Part shown: positions 13,601-26,450 of the stretch, piece by piece
Numbering within the stretch: the first letter of the stretch is position 1
Layout of the letters: every line of letters begins with the position of its first letter
Assembly (NCBI GenBank): GCA_035221665.1
Contig: CM069132.1
Span: forward strand, 163,742,001-163,806,000
Direction of reading: 5' to 3'
DNA length: 64,000 nt
Source of the DNA: Okamejei kenojei
Taxonomy: Eukaryota
Made by a program: the position numbers and the translations under genes
Notes under the pieces: generated by a model
Database searches by the model: none
What the model saw: only the letters and a program-made list of their open reading frames with translations
What the model was told of the DNA's origin: nothing

Positions 13601-16600
13601 CCTTCCTGTCTGCTACGGTGCAACTGCTGTACCATACCGTAAAGCAGGTGGTCAGGATGCTTTCGATGGTACAGCGGTAGAAGTTAGTCAGGATCAGGGG
13701 GGACAGGTGTGCTTTTTTGAGCCTCCTCAGGAAGTAAAGGCGCTGCTGAGCCTTTTTGACCAGCTTGGAGGTGTTGAGGGACCAGGACAGATCCTCCGAG
13801 ATGTGTACCCCGAGGAATTTGTAGTTGGAGACCCGCTCCACCTCAGTCCCGTTTATATGGATGGGGGTGTGTCTGCCCCCTCTGATCTTCCTGAAGTCGA
13901 CAATGATCTCCTTCGTCTTTTGGGAGTTGAGGACGAGGTTGTTATTGGCACACCAGGTTGTCAGGTGCTGGACCTCCTCCCTGTAGGCTGACTCGTCGTT
14001 ATCGCTGATCAGTCCTACCACCGTGGTGTCGTCGGCAAATTTTATGATGGCGTTGGAGCTAAACTTAGGGATGCAGTCATGGGTGAAGAGAGAGTAGAGG
14101 AGAGGACTGAGCACACAGCCCTGTGGCACGCCAGTGTTCAGTGTTATAGTGGAGGAGGTGAGGTTGTTGATCCTAACAGACTGGGGTCTGTTAGTGAGGA
14201 AATCCAGTGTCCAATTGCAGAGGGAAGTGGAGATGCCAAGACCGCTGAGTTTGGTGATCAAGCTAGCGGGTATGACAGTGTTAAAGGCGGAACTGAAGTC
14301 GATGAACAGCAGCCTGATGTAGGTGTTATTGCTGTCCAGGTGGGTCAGGGCAGAGTGTAGGGCCGCCGATATGGCGTCTTCTGTTGACCTATTGGTCCGG
14401 TAGGCAAACTGATGGGGGTCCAGTGTGGGGGGGAGGCTGGCTTTGAGCTGGGCCAAGATCAGCCGCTCGAAGCACTTGGCGATGACGGGTGAGTGCCACT
14501 GGCCGGAAATCGTTGAGACTCCCTGTCGCTGATTGTTTGGGCACTGGCACAATGGTAGATGTCTTGAGGCAAGTGGGACGACACCCTGGGCCAGTGACAG
14601 ATTGAAGATGTCAGTGAGGACCATGGGATAGTTGTCCAGCACATGCCCTGAGCACCCGCCCGGGGATGCCATCGGGGCCGGCAGCTTTGTGCTCATTCAC
14701 CTTGCTCAGTGCATCTTGTACAGCAGAGGTGGAGAGACTGAGGGGTTGTTCATGCGGGGGGTGAGCAACTTTGATGGCTGGAGTTTTGTTGTCCCGGTCG
14801 AAGCGGGCGTAGAAATTGTTTATCTCGTCAGGAAGGGAGGCATTGTCTGGGGGGGGGGGGGAGTGTTAACTTTATGGTAATCGGCAATGGATTTGATTCC
14901 TTGCCACATGCGCCTGGGGTCAGAGTTATTTCGGAAATGCTCCTCGATCCGCCGTTTGTGATTAAGTTTAGCATTCCTAATTCCCTTATTTCAGATTGGC
15001 CCTGGATGAGCTGTAACCCTCAGCATCGCCAGATTTAAAAGCGGCGTCGCGAGCCTTCAGCAGGAGTCTGACCTCCCTGCTCATCCACGGCTTCTGGTTA
15101 GGGAAGGTCCTTATTACTTTGTGGGTAGTGACGTTGTCCGTGCAGAATTTTATGTAGTCCAGAACGGTTGAGGTGTATAAGTTGATGTCCACTTGGGAGT
15201 TGAAGGTGGCCTGGGTGGCAAACAGACTCCAGTCTGTTTGCTGAAACTGTTCCTGTAAGACAGAGATAGCCCCCTCAGGCCAGACCTTCACTGTCCTCAC
15301 GGAAGGTTTCACACGTCTGATCAGAGGTGTGTATTTGGGGAGCAGGAACAGAGAGAGGTGGTCAGACTGTCCCAGGTGGGGGAGGGGGAGGGCTTTGTAT
15401 GCTTCAGTAATGTTGGTGAATACTAGGTCCAGAGTCTTGTTTCCTCTGGTTGGGCAGGAGACATGTTGGTGGAATCTGGGGAGTACAGTTTTAAGGTTAG
15501 AGTGGTTAAAATCACCTGCAGCACTAAAGGCCCCCTCTGGGTGTGCAGTTAGTTGTCTGCTGATAGCAGCTTGCAGCTCCTCCATTGCAAGCCTGGCATT
15601 AGCGTCCGGGGGTACATAGACTGCAGTGATAACAATCGATGTAAATTCCCTGGGCAGGTAGAAGGGCCTGCACTTTATCATCAGGTATTCCAGGTCAGCA
15701 GAGCAGTGACTACCAATCCTGACAGCGTCTGTACACCATGACTTATTCACATAAATGCACAGTCCGCCGCCCTTGGTCTTACCGGAGTCCTCCGCTGTTC
15801 TATCGGCCCTGAAGACAGTGCGCCCCTCCAGCTCGATGGTGTTGTCCGGGATGTTGTCGGTGAGCCATGTTTCGGTGAAGACCATGGCGTTGCAGTCGGC
15901 GATCCGGTTGTGTGTGGTGATCCGCAGCCGCAGTTCATCGATTTTACTCACCAGGGACCGGACATTCGCGAGGAAAATGCTGGGCAGAGCTGGCTGGTGC
16001 GGGTTTGATCTCAGCCTCGCTCGACATGGCCTCCGCGCTTCCCACGTCTTTGTTTGCGGTCCCTGCGCCGCCTCCGGGCACTTCCTGTCGGGGGAGCTGG
16101 CCCGCTAGACCCCGGTGTCCTGACGATCTCCGGCGGCAGTTGAAAGTCGCTTCTGGGGCTCGTTACGTGGAGACGGCCGAGCTCCAGTAGCTCCTGACGG
16201 CCGTACAGAGTCTTCGCTCGAGTGCTCCGGGCGAAAACTAAGTTAATTATTAACAGAACAAAAAAAAAATTGCTAAAACTACGGAGACACAGAGCCTCGC
16301 GTTGTGCACGCGACGCCATCCTCTCCTCTACGCCTCTCTCCTCCTCTCCCCTCCCCTCTCAATTGTTTAGGGGACTACGGACAATAACACCAGGGAATTG
16401 CAAATGGATTGTCCTAAGAAACTTTTTTCTCCAAACATTTGTATTAACTATTGGAGTATCAGGAGCTTTTTATGGATTAAATGCCTATTGTTCTACTATG
16501 AAAGTGTGCATGTCCAATCAGGTGAACAATACCACAGCTGTGGCATATATCAATCACATGGGTCAAGTAAGATCATTATCAAGTGATTATCTGGGTAACC

Positions 16601-18638
16601 AGATGTGGCGTATTCTAAAAATGTTTTAGTTCAGCTGTTTTTCTCTAAGGAAGAGACAATGTTGTTCGCAGACAACAAATCAGGCGGAAAACATTGTCAG
16701 TAAAATGGATTACTTACCATTAATCTGTTTGTGTCCAGATTAAATCACCGATTGCTCAAATGTTTCTCGTGGGAAAACCGGGAGCAGGAGCGGTGGATGC
16801 ATTTTGCTAAATTACATGAGGAAAGATGTTCTTTTATGTTCCTCATTCTGTCTGATAGGGCAGTGTCTGATGAAAAAGTAGCAGGACGCTGCCAGGGGCG
16901 CTTTGGTGGCCCAAACCGGACTGTCATGGTTCTCATTAATGTTGAGAGTGATGTTTGAACCAGTTATGATGACTCATAGTTGCAGTAATTTATTGTTGTA
17001 CAAATTCATCCATGGCACGAAGATATGAATTTGGCTATCTGTAGGTTTGACCAGACCACTATAACAGTTTGATGGTCAAAGAGGTCTATGAATGTTTTAA
17101 TAAATATAAGAATATAACAATTATGTACAAAAGGAATGTTATACCTGCAATTTGGAGAAATAGCATTAAAAAAAAAATATTTTGTTTTTATAAGAAATTG
17201 AAAGTCTTTTGCAGACAATAAAAGTTATTTTATCATATTAGATATATGGGAGTTCCTTGTGGATTGCATTTTTTCTCAGCATCTAAGTGACAGGGCCAAT
17301 AATAGGGCTCATAGTGTTTATCGTCCTATTTAGGACAAATTGCTGACCAAGAATTTATCGGCTCATTCGTAATATCCCAATATGTAAAAGGGATATATAT
17401 ATATATATATATTATATACATACATACATATATAATCTGTCCAAAGTTGAAATACAGAAGTTGGGAGATCAGCATAGTCCTGACTTGCCTTAGGCAATGG
17501 ACTCCAGTTCTATCAATGATTCAAAAGATTAACATTGAAAGTAATAATGCTCATGACTTTAGTATCAGCATAAGAGTGCAAACATTGCAAATGTTACGTT
17601 ATATAATTGCATGTGGCTACAGATTACATTATCTTATATGTTTATGAATTTACCAAACAAAGCAGAACAAGAAGAGCTGGAACCAAGGTAAAATTTAAGC
17701 ATATCCTGTCGGCCAAAAATTGTGTGTGGGTCAGCATTGACTCAATATGTTAAAGTAGGTAAGAGTCTCTGTAGTGGTGAGACAGCACTACTTATTACAC
17801 ACAAAAACCACATTAAGTATCAGTAAAAACTTATGGTTCTAGATAATTACATTCTAGATGGTTAAAACATGTTTAAGACTCAGTGGAACTAGACATTGAG
17901 ATGTGGAAAATCACTCCATTAAGGAGGTAGATACATTCACAGGAATGGCACAGGATGGGTCGCTCGAGCAAAGATTCAAGGCCGCAGGAGGATGTAAAAT
18001 AAATATCAAAGTTACAAGGAACCAGTCATGGTGTCAGGATTGGACACGGAGTGTTGGGTTCTCTGTAATTGTTGCTTTGTTTATACTATCAAATTATATT
18101 ATCAATTGATATTTTGGTGATAAATTTGCCTTTCAATAGAAAGGGCATTACTTTCATTCTTTTATAATGAAAAACTTATCACATAAACTGAGGCAATGTT
18201 TAGGAAAAAATGTGTTATTTGCTCATTACTGTGTTGATTGAGCCAGAGTGTCGTATGGAATGAGTCTACGACATAAAAAACACAGAGCTACAAAATCTAC
18301 ACGTAGTCACTCACGTGACTCCGAAGTAAAATAGTAAGATTAAATGAGAACTTACCAGTTCGAAGTTTGATCGTTATTTTATGAGGAGTAACGATGAGGG
18401 ATTACGTGCCCTCCACTCCCGACCCCCATAAAATAAATGATCATCTGGTAGTTCTAAACCTATGTTGAGCCTTACTATCTTACTCCGGCTATTATGTTCT
18501 GTGTTTTTCATGCCGCTGCTTTGAACTATGCCGATCAAGCGCCAGGCGGGGCTTCTTCACATAATCCCTCATCGTCACTCCTCATAAAATAACGATCAAA
18601 CTTCGAACTGGTAAGTTCTCATTTAATGTTACTATTTT
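10626..18638 (+). mobile_element. DIRS1-type retrotransposon, full span, AT-rich and degenerate, interrupted by a LINE
   Basis: The 5' end TTTTACTTAGGAGTCGCGTGAGTGACTACGT is complementary to 18301-18331. 18328-18409 is complementary to the terminus 18558-18638. 10655-10688 is complementary to 18528-18560. Residual RNase H (NTTAVAYINHMG, ~16530) and SRLNHRL (~16735) motifs remain. Confidence 0.82.
13210..16325 (-). mobile_element. Rex1/Babar-type LINE, near full length (APE plus RT), frameshifted
   Basis: ORF 14986-15951 is an AP endonuclease (VFTETWL, GGGLCIYVN, AGDFN, SDH). ORF 13347-14696 is RT (FIDFSSAFNT, GVPQGCVLSPLLYSL, FADDTT, LPSGRWYRS). Inserted inside the DIRS element. Confidence 0.88.
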
Positions 18639-18977
18639 AGTGTGTATCCCTCCTCTTACGCGGACGGGCTCTCGAATCAAACTAACATTGCCCAATTAAG
18701 TTCTCGAATGGACTTGCGTATTCTCAGCCAAACTATGCTCTGACCACCGAGCCCGGTACCTTTACAAGTTTCCTCGTCCGTTATTCCAGGGAGGGACTCA
18801 GATACCTTCACGCAGACACTCCTCTCTGCTGGGCATTGAGGGTTCAGTGCCTAGCCTATTCACGCTGGCGGTTGTCCATGCCGATTTTCGGAACGCACCT
18901 TTCCACTCCGCGTGCCCAGCAAAGATAGATCGATACGTAGGTCAGACCTGTATTTCAATACCCCACGAATTGGATAC

Positions 18978-21900
18978 TGTAGATTGGTTAATGCATGCGC
19001 ACCAGTCAGAGTAATGTACTAACACTAGTTCCACCTCACTGTACACTTCATATTAACACGCACTTCCCATATTACGTAGTTACACCAGTAGTAGAGATAA
19101 ACTAACAACGTATTATACTGCACTACTGATGATTAAAGCTGACTTTGAACACCAGACTGTGTCTGAACAGTTGTTTACATGGTGTCAGAAGTGGGATACA
19201 AACCCACGGCTCGGAGTAAATGATCAAGACTAATAAAATGCAAATAAAACCTGATAGACAGACGCAAAGGGTAATTTCCAGCTATTCTAGAGCTATTCAA
19301 AAGCTAATTTTGCAGGCTACCGAGGTGCTATCATCGTTGATGACATTCTGGTGTATGGTCATGACGTAGCGGAGCACGATTCCAATTTAAATATGATCCT
19401 GGACAGGGCACGCGAGATCAACCTAAAGTTCAACCCCATGAAGTGCAAGTTCCATGTCTCAGAGGTTACCTACGTCGGACATGTGTTCACAAGCCGGACC
19501 CTAAGTAGACTGCAGCCATCAGTGAACTACCTGCTTCCACAGACGTCCACAGCCTTCAACATTTCCTGGGTATGGTTAAGTATCTGGGCAAGTTCATACC
19601 CATCCTCAGCGAACTTATCTCGCCACTGAGACAGCTCACTCACAAGGACACTGCCTGGACCTGGTACCTGCAGCACCAACAAGTGTTCGACTCTTTAAAA
19701 ATTCAAGTAGCCAGCGCCTCCACCTTGACGTATTTTGACCTCAAGCTGCCAGTCACTGTCACTTGTGATGCCTCGCAATACTGTTTAGGGCAGCCTGCCT
19801 GCAAGCATCAGCTGATAGCACCGTGCTACCTGTATATCGTACGCCTCTCACACCATGACAGAGATCGAGCAGCGCTCTGACCAAATTGAAAAGGAGCTGC
19901 TAGCCGTCGTTTTTGCATGTTCCAAATTTAGAGACTTTATCTGTGGGAAAATGATCACAATTAAAACTGACCACCAACCCCTGGTCACCATCCTGAACAA
20001 ACCTATTCACGCTGCACCTGCAAGTTTGCAGCACATGGTGATGCAGCTCCAGCGTTTTGATTTCCAGATTGTCGATAAAAAGGGCAAAGATATGCTCATC
20101 GCCGACACTCTCTCTCGAGTGCCACTGGCATCCTGTGAACAACACCCCTTTGACTGCGAAGAGCTTGCTGTGCTTAAATTCGACTTAGATAGAAACTAGG
20201 TGCAGGAGGAGGCCATTCGGCCCTTTGAGCCAGCACCGCCATTCATTGTGATAATGGCTGATCGTCCCCAATCAATAACCCATGGAACGATTGCTTCGCC
20301 TGGCGGAACACACAGCAGCTGACAGAACGCTGCAGCTGGTCTCCTCCATTATCAAGAGGGGTTGGCCCACAAAACGATCCAGCACACCACTAGATATACA
20401 GCCATTCATCCCCTTTCTCCAATTCTTTGACCAAGGGTTTTTCCCTTTGGCACACGCTTTCACTTTCACAACTCTTTACGCCTACTTTACTCTCTTTGTT
20501 TCTATTCTTTTTTCTTAAAAGCCATAAAATTATGGGGTACAATGATTGTAACAATATATATGTGATGTGCACTGATGTATTTACCTCTATTAAATAAAAA
20601 TAAGAAAAATAAAAAAAGATATACAGCCATTCATCTTAGTTCGCGATGAACTGGTGGAACAAGACGGGATCATTGTGAAGGGCCACAAAGTTGTGATTCC
20701 CTCATCCCTGCAAGATGAATACTACAAAGACGTCCGCAGTGGCCACCCAGGTACTGAGGCCACGCTCGCCCGTGCCCAAAGCATGTTTTATTGGCCAGGC
20801 ATGACCAAATATATACGTGAAAATACGGCATCCTGCTCCACTTGCAACAGCTTAGCACCCCACCAACAGAAACAGCCTCTCCTGCAACAACCCGCTCCAC
20901 AACTACCTTGGACATCCGTTGCTGCGGATATTTTTGAATGGCTTGGTAAACACTATAGTTCTGGTCGATTCCTATTCCAATTGGTTTGAACTTGATCTGC
21001 TGCTTACCATTACATCTGAGATGGTTGTACAGAAGCTTCAGAGACATTTATCTGTACACGGCGTACCAGTTCGACTGCAAACTGACAACGGGAGACAGTT
21101 CACCAGCCAGGCATTTAAAAACTTTGCTAAACGATGGAACTTTCAGCATGTTACCAGCAGCCCCGAATACCCTCAATCCAACGGCCTCGCTGAGCGTGCT
21201 GTCAGGAGCGCAAAACAGCGAATGGAACGTTTGCATCTTGCCAATTCCGACGTCTACCTGGATCCGCTAAACCTGAGAAACATTTCCAAGGATGGTGTTC
21301 TAGGTTCACCCGCCCAGTGGCTGATGTCCCGCACGACACGGCCCCAGCTTCCCGTCGCCCAGCAACAGCTCAAGCCGCAGGTGCTCAAACCAGCTGTGGG
21401 CCAGAGGCACATTCAGAAGAAACACGATGTCCAGAAGCGTTTCTATGACAAGTCGAGCAGGCCACTTAAACCGTTACTGGGTCAAGTGGTTCACCTGCAG
21501 ACTGCAGTTGGACATACCCGACTGGGTTTCGTTGAGGGGCCAGTCAAGGAACCTCGTTCCTACCTTGTCAACGTTGATGGTGTTCTGTACCGGCGCAGCC
21601 GTCAACATCTACTGCCCGTGAACGAACCGCGACCATCTCCTCCCGGTCCCCATGAACCGCCGTTGGTTTTCAACACACCTGCTGCTGTTGTCCGTCCCTG
21701 ACCCCCTGACCCCAGCATGTATTCCCCGCGTCGTTCAGTTCCCTCGTCCCCCAGTGCCCCTAGTCCTGCATCCTCGCCCCGACGCTCCTCTCCAGGCTCC
21801 CCGGCTGCGTTCCCCTTCTTCGGTTCTCCACCACCCAGCCCTACTAACTTTTCCGGAACGGAGGGGAAGGGTTTCTCCGTACGTGTTCGGGGCGGTTTAG

Positions 21901-22187
21901 CAGACCGCCCGATAGGTACGGTGAGTATGTTTAACCGCATGTGTTTTAACAACTGCTTAACAACTCTTTTCTCTAAGGGGAAGGATGTAGATTGGTTAAT
22001 GCATGTGCACCAAACAGAGTAATGTACTAACACTAGCTCCACCTTACCCTTTATATTAACACTCATTTCCCATATTACGTAGTTACACTGGTGGTAGAGA
22101 TGAACTAACACCGTATTGTACTACACCACCATGACTAATGATTAAAGATGCGTTAAACACCAGACGGTGTCTGTACAGTTGTTTACA
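18978..22187 (+). mobile_element. Gypsy LTR retrotransposon, internally deleted (no gag/PR, partial RT, RNase H, integrase)
   Basis: Paired 202-bp TG...CA LTRs at 18978-19179 and 21986-22187. PBS TGGTGTCAGAAGTGGGAT (tRNA-Leu) at 19180-19197. PPT at 21975-21985. Near-TSD GATAC/GGTAC. Protein motifs include IVDD, TCDAS, EKELLAVVF, TDNGRQF and PQSNGLAERAV. Confidence 0.92.
20411..20616 (+). mobile_element. Short 5'-truncated poly(A) retroposon (L1-type) inside the Gypsy element
   Basis: A-rich tail, with a 19-bp TSD AGATATACAGCCATTCATC at 20392-20410 and 20617-20635. Confidence 0.8.
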
Positions 22188-22189
22188 GG

Positions 22190-23297
22190 TACCAAATCTA
22201 ACCTTGGGCCACTCCTTGCCCAATGAAGCGTGTCAGGCTCTCGTTAAAGCAGCTGCAGTCTGCCAACTACGACCAAGGTTTGGGCCACACCACGCCCGGT
22301 TTTATGGGCTCCCAACCCAAAGGAGTGCTAACCACCCCACGTGCTTGCTAGACTCTATTCTAATAATCTCGATTAGACCCTTTCCCAAGCCCGTGAATGA
22401 TCGTTCCGCTCCCACTAACGAAGAGCTGAAAATTAATGCGAAAACAGCACCATGGGCCCGATTTCTGCACTCGCCATCGAACCAGCTCAACACCTTTGAC
22501 CACAAACTTGTGTTTGGGGATCCGCTGAAATCCCGGATGAGCCCCCAATCTAAATAGCTAATTCTAGTTTCAGTCAAAAAACCACTGAGTCAAGCACTTG
22601 CACAACTAATCTTTATTTTGACAAAACACAATTACAATTCAATCACTATACCTAACCGCCGTGGGTTCGATCCTCCTATCTGCAGGATCAAGCCCTCTAG
22701 GTCTCGCTCAAACAGAGACGCTCCAGAAGGTCACACAGTCCCACGTGCCCTCCCAGAAGATCGATGAAGGACCTCGTGGCAGCGGACTTCTATAGGTCCC
22801 CAGACCTTGAGGGACTAAACCACAAGGGGGTGGTCTCTTTGCAATCCAATTACAGATATCGATTAACCCCATACATGAAATACATTTGCCTAACCCAATA
22901 ATACAGTGGCTAATACATTGTATTCAAACTGTGTTTCTCAAAGGAAGCAAACATCGCAACATTTACCCTGATCTGCATGAAAACCAGACAAGGCTCAATA
23001 CCTCATCCAATCAACATTCCGTGCGGTAAAGTTTTGCAACATTATTTACAATTATTTACAAGGTGCATGTCTGGTTTGCATTCATCCAATCCATTCTTTT
23101 GCACCTAATTGACAGGGTCTGCAGATGTTCGCATTCTCTTGCTGCAGCTCAGATCTAGGCTCCAGACAAACTGGCACCACTCTGCAGCTTGTCCCAGTTC
23201 CATGGAGAGCACTTTCAAATTGACCAAATCTACCAGCAGCCTGAAGCGTTTACTCAATTTTAAAGTCTTAGCCTCTCCAATCTGGCCAGGATTAACA
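22190..23297 (-). mobile_element. Class I ERV remnant: 5' LTR (~22549-23297), tRNA-Pro PBS and leader
   Basis: Minus-strand PBS TGGGGGCTCATCCGGGAT at 22530-22547 and minus-strand AATAAA at 22612-22617. The leader probably continues at 18640-18977 and 10292-10625. Confidence 0.6.
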
Positions 23298-23303
23298 TCC
23301 TTA

Positions 23304-24000
23304 AGGGCCTGTCCCACTTACGTGTCCTTGGCATGTTAATTATGCGACCTCGTGGTCGCATTGAGGCGTGACGGTCCCGCGAAGGTCGGGTGCGACTTCA
23401 TTCGACCGCACAGCCGTCTGGAGCGCGTGACGTCATTTAAAGATGGACGCAAAATGCAGGAGTAACTCAGCGGGACCAGCAGCATCTCTGGAGGGAAGGA
23501 ATGGATGATGTTTCGGGTCGAGACTCTTCTTCAGTCTGAAAGAAGGGTATTGACCCGAAACATCACCCATTGCTTCTCTCCGGAGATGCTGCTGGTCCCG
23601 CTGAGTTACTCCAGCATTTTGTGTCTATCTTCTATTTTCTTGGCCCCGCTCTGGGAGTAGGAGTGGGGGCGGATCCGGATCTGCAACGGCTGTGAGCCCC
23701 AGACCGAGCTCGGCGATCGTTTGCCTGCCTCTGCTGCTGTTGGAGGTGAGACGTTGCGTCGCGCCAGGGTCTTGGGCCTGTCCCACTTTGGCCGTCAGTT
23801 ACGTGACAGGCCGTTGGCGCGCGAAGATTTAGTTCACTACAAAAATTTCAGAGCCCCACGCGATGTCGCGCACAACTACACACCCCTCTGCGCTTCTCAG
23901 TGGGACCGGCCCCGCGCGGCCACATGATGCCTGTGCGCCTCAACGCGACCACGAGGTCGCGTAATTTGCGTGCCAAGGACACGTAAGTGGGACAGGCCCT
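23304..24000. mobile_element. PIF/Harbinger-like MITE
   Basis: ~65-bp imperfect TIRs (AGGGCCTGTCCCACTTACGTGTCCTTGGCA...) flanked by a TTA TSD at 23301-23303 and 24001-24003. Confidence 0.8.
23440..23631. repeat. ~190-bp palindrome of Penelope-LTR-like sequence with degenerate hammerhead-ribozyme cores
   Basis: Arms are inverted around TTCAGTCTGAA (23530-23540). CTGAAGA...GACCCGAAAC occurs on the minus strand and CTGAAAGA...GACCCGAAAC on the plus strand. Confidence 0.65.
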
Positions 24001-25350
24001 TTACACATTGCATTTTCCTTGTGCAAAACGTAAAGTATTTCCAAGAAGAGAGGAAGGGAACAATAAGGTGCATCTCCAATGTGAGCTTTCGTGGATGCCT
24101 TATAAAAGAGATCTGGGAAGAAAATGTGGAATCCAACCTGAGTTGTTCTGCTTATATTGATCTTTGTGTTGTCATGCTTGATTCGCGATTGGTCTGTTGA
24201 TGATTATGGCAAGGCAGGGATGGGTGTGCCTTCAGAGCTGCTTTCGATTGATGGATATGGACCGTGAGGAGAGTTTTGACACACCTGGATTGTTTTCTCT
24301 GGAGCGGATGAAAATGAGGGTGACCTCACCGATGTTTCTAAAATTCTGAAAGATACAGTTAGGATAGTCTAAATGTCTTCCGCAATATTGAGACTCAAAT
24401 ATTAGAATATATAGTGTGAGGGATAAAGTGATTAAACCCCATTAAAGTAAGGAGTTTTAAAGAGAATCTGAACTGAGAGGGGCTGGAGAGAGGATTCTGA
24501 CACAGCTGTGTCTGAAGGTTGCCAGACCCATCCTTGAGTCCTTGAGTAAGAAGTAATAGCATTGTATAGCGGTAGAAGGGAGTGATGTAGAGAGATCCCT
24601 ATCAGTGGAATGGAGTGATAGATGGGACCCTTGTCACTATAGCTTAGCTTTGGTACTGATATAGAAGAACTGAGAGGGTTCACTAGGAGGTGAGTAAAAC
24701 TAGGGTAGGTCATGAGCAACTGAGCATGCTTAATAGAATAAATGAATATTACAACACACCCCTGGTCAAGAAACTGCTCATTACCATGAACATGTTTGAA
24801 CATGCAATGTATGATATGGGAGGTGCGAGGGGATGTACGGTGGGATGTACCTACAGATTGTGCACCACAGACCCTGATTGGAGAAGGGTCCGGAGGGGAG
24901 GTTGAATGTAAAATTCTGTGTATAAAGGGGGATGACTTCTTTGGCTTCGGTGTGTCTCGATTTGGAGAGGCACCCGGGTCTGCAGAGTCGAGAGGAATAA
25001 AGAACTCTTGCTTCCAAGATTTAGTCTTTGAGCATTAATTGTGAGCACAAAGCGTATCTCACAAATTGGGGGCTCGTCCGGGATCGCCACTCCGGCTGCT
25101 TGGTGGAGGCAAAGAAGGAGGGGAAGGTGCACCCTGCTGATTTCAGCAGTCTCCGATCTCCTTGCTTGCCATCAGCAGTTTGAGCGAGTGATATTCTGTG
25201 GGAAAGACTCGGGAAGCAAGAGGGGGTGTAAGGTAAATACGTACGGGACGGTCGAGCGATTCTTGTGCACAGGACCCAGGTAAGAAAAGCGACTATTAAG
25301 TATTGCCTGGGTGACCGGGGTCTGTCGGACGGGAATAGTCCGACGAGACG

Positions 25351-26450
25351 ATGGGAAACCGGAACGGGAAAAGTAAGGGTCCGGGGAAACAGGATGAGGC
25401 TCATACTGATATGGAGCCTAACATTCCGCCCGATAGTCCGTTGGGGCGAATGTTGTATGGATGGGGTGAAGGGAACACCCGGGGTAAGAGTAAGGAAACT
25501 ATGATAAAGTTTTGTTACTTTGAGTGGCCAAAGGAGCCTATTCGAGGGAGCGCAGTGTGGTGGCCGCGGTTGGGTTCAAATGAGGACTGGGTGGGACAGG
25601 CGTTGAATGTTTTTGTGAATGAAAGACAAACACCGAATCAAATAGAAAAGGAATATGCCCAGTGCTGGAAACCCAATAATGGGATGTTTCCGTTAAAGAC
25701 GGAAAGAGAGCAGGATGAACCTGACTGGCCACCAATTGGTGATGATCACCTACGGGGACTTGCCCCCGCCATATGAATCCCAGCCCCCAAATATATCCCC
25801 ATCAGCGCCGGCTGCATCTGCCCAGGAGGTCCCACTAAGCCAGAGCGGATCGGCAGTAAACCTGTCCGCTCTTGTCTCAGAAGAGACAGATAATAGAGAA
25901 TTACAGAAAGTAGAATGTGAAGAAGAGAGCCAGTCAGATAAGGAAGAGGAAATAAAAAGTGAGGACAAGGATGGGACGGGTGTCCCAGGCAGTAGTCGGA
26001 GGACGCGATCTCAAACGAGGGCAGCAGAACAGAGATTAGAGCGGATCTGTTCAAATGAAGCCCCTCAGGGAGGTCCCGTTAGGGGGAAATGCCGGGGGGA
26101 TGGGATTTGTAAATGTGCCTCTCACCAGTATGGAGGTGAGGAACTTTAAAAGGAGATGAAATGTTTATTGGAAGACCCTTTGGGACTGGCTGAACAAATA
26201 GATCAGTTCCTAGGGCCAAATGTTTATACATGGGAGGAAATTATGTCGATAATGGGAAGTTTGTTTACTTCAGAAGAAAGGCAGATGGTCAGACAGGCGG
26301 GAATAAAGGTCTGGGATAAGGGGTTGCCGGCTGACGCGGGAGCAGCAGAGGTGGGAGCAGTAAAATATCCCATTACTGCGCCGGATTGGAGTAACCAAAC
26401 AGGGGAAGGAAGAAACAGTATGAGAAATCTCAGGGAAATAATAATCAGGG
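25351..26450 (+). pseudogene. gag: ERV gag (MA, PPPY late domain, N-terminal CA), frameshifted and truncated
   Basis: MGNRNGKSKG start, WWPRLGS, LPPPYE and LLEDPLGLAEQIDQFLGP, spread over three frames. Confidence 0.85.
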
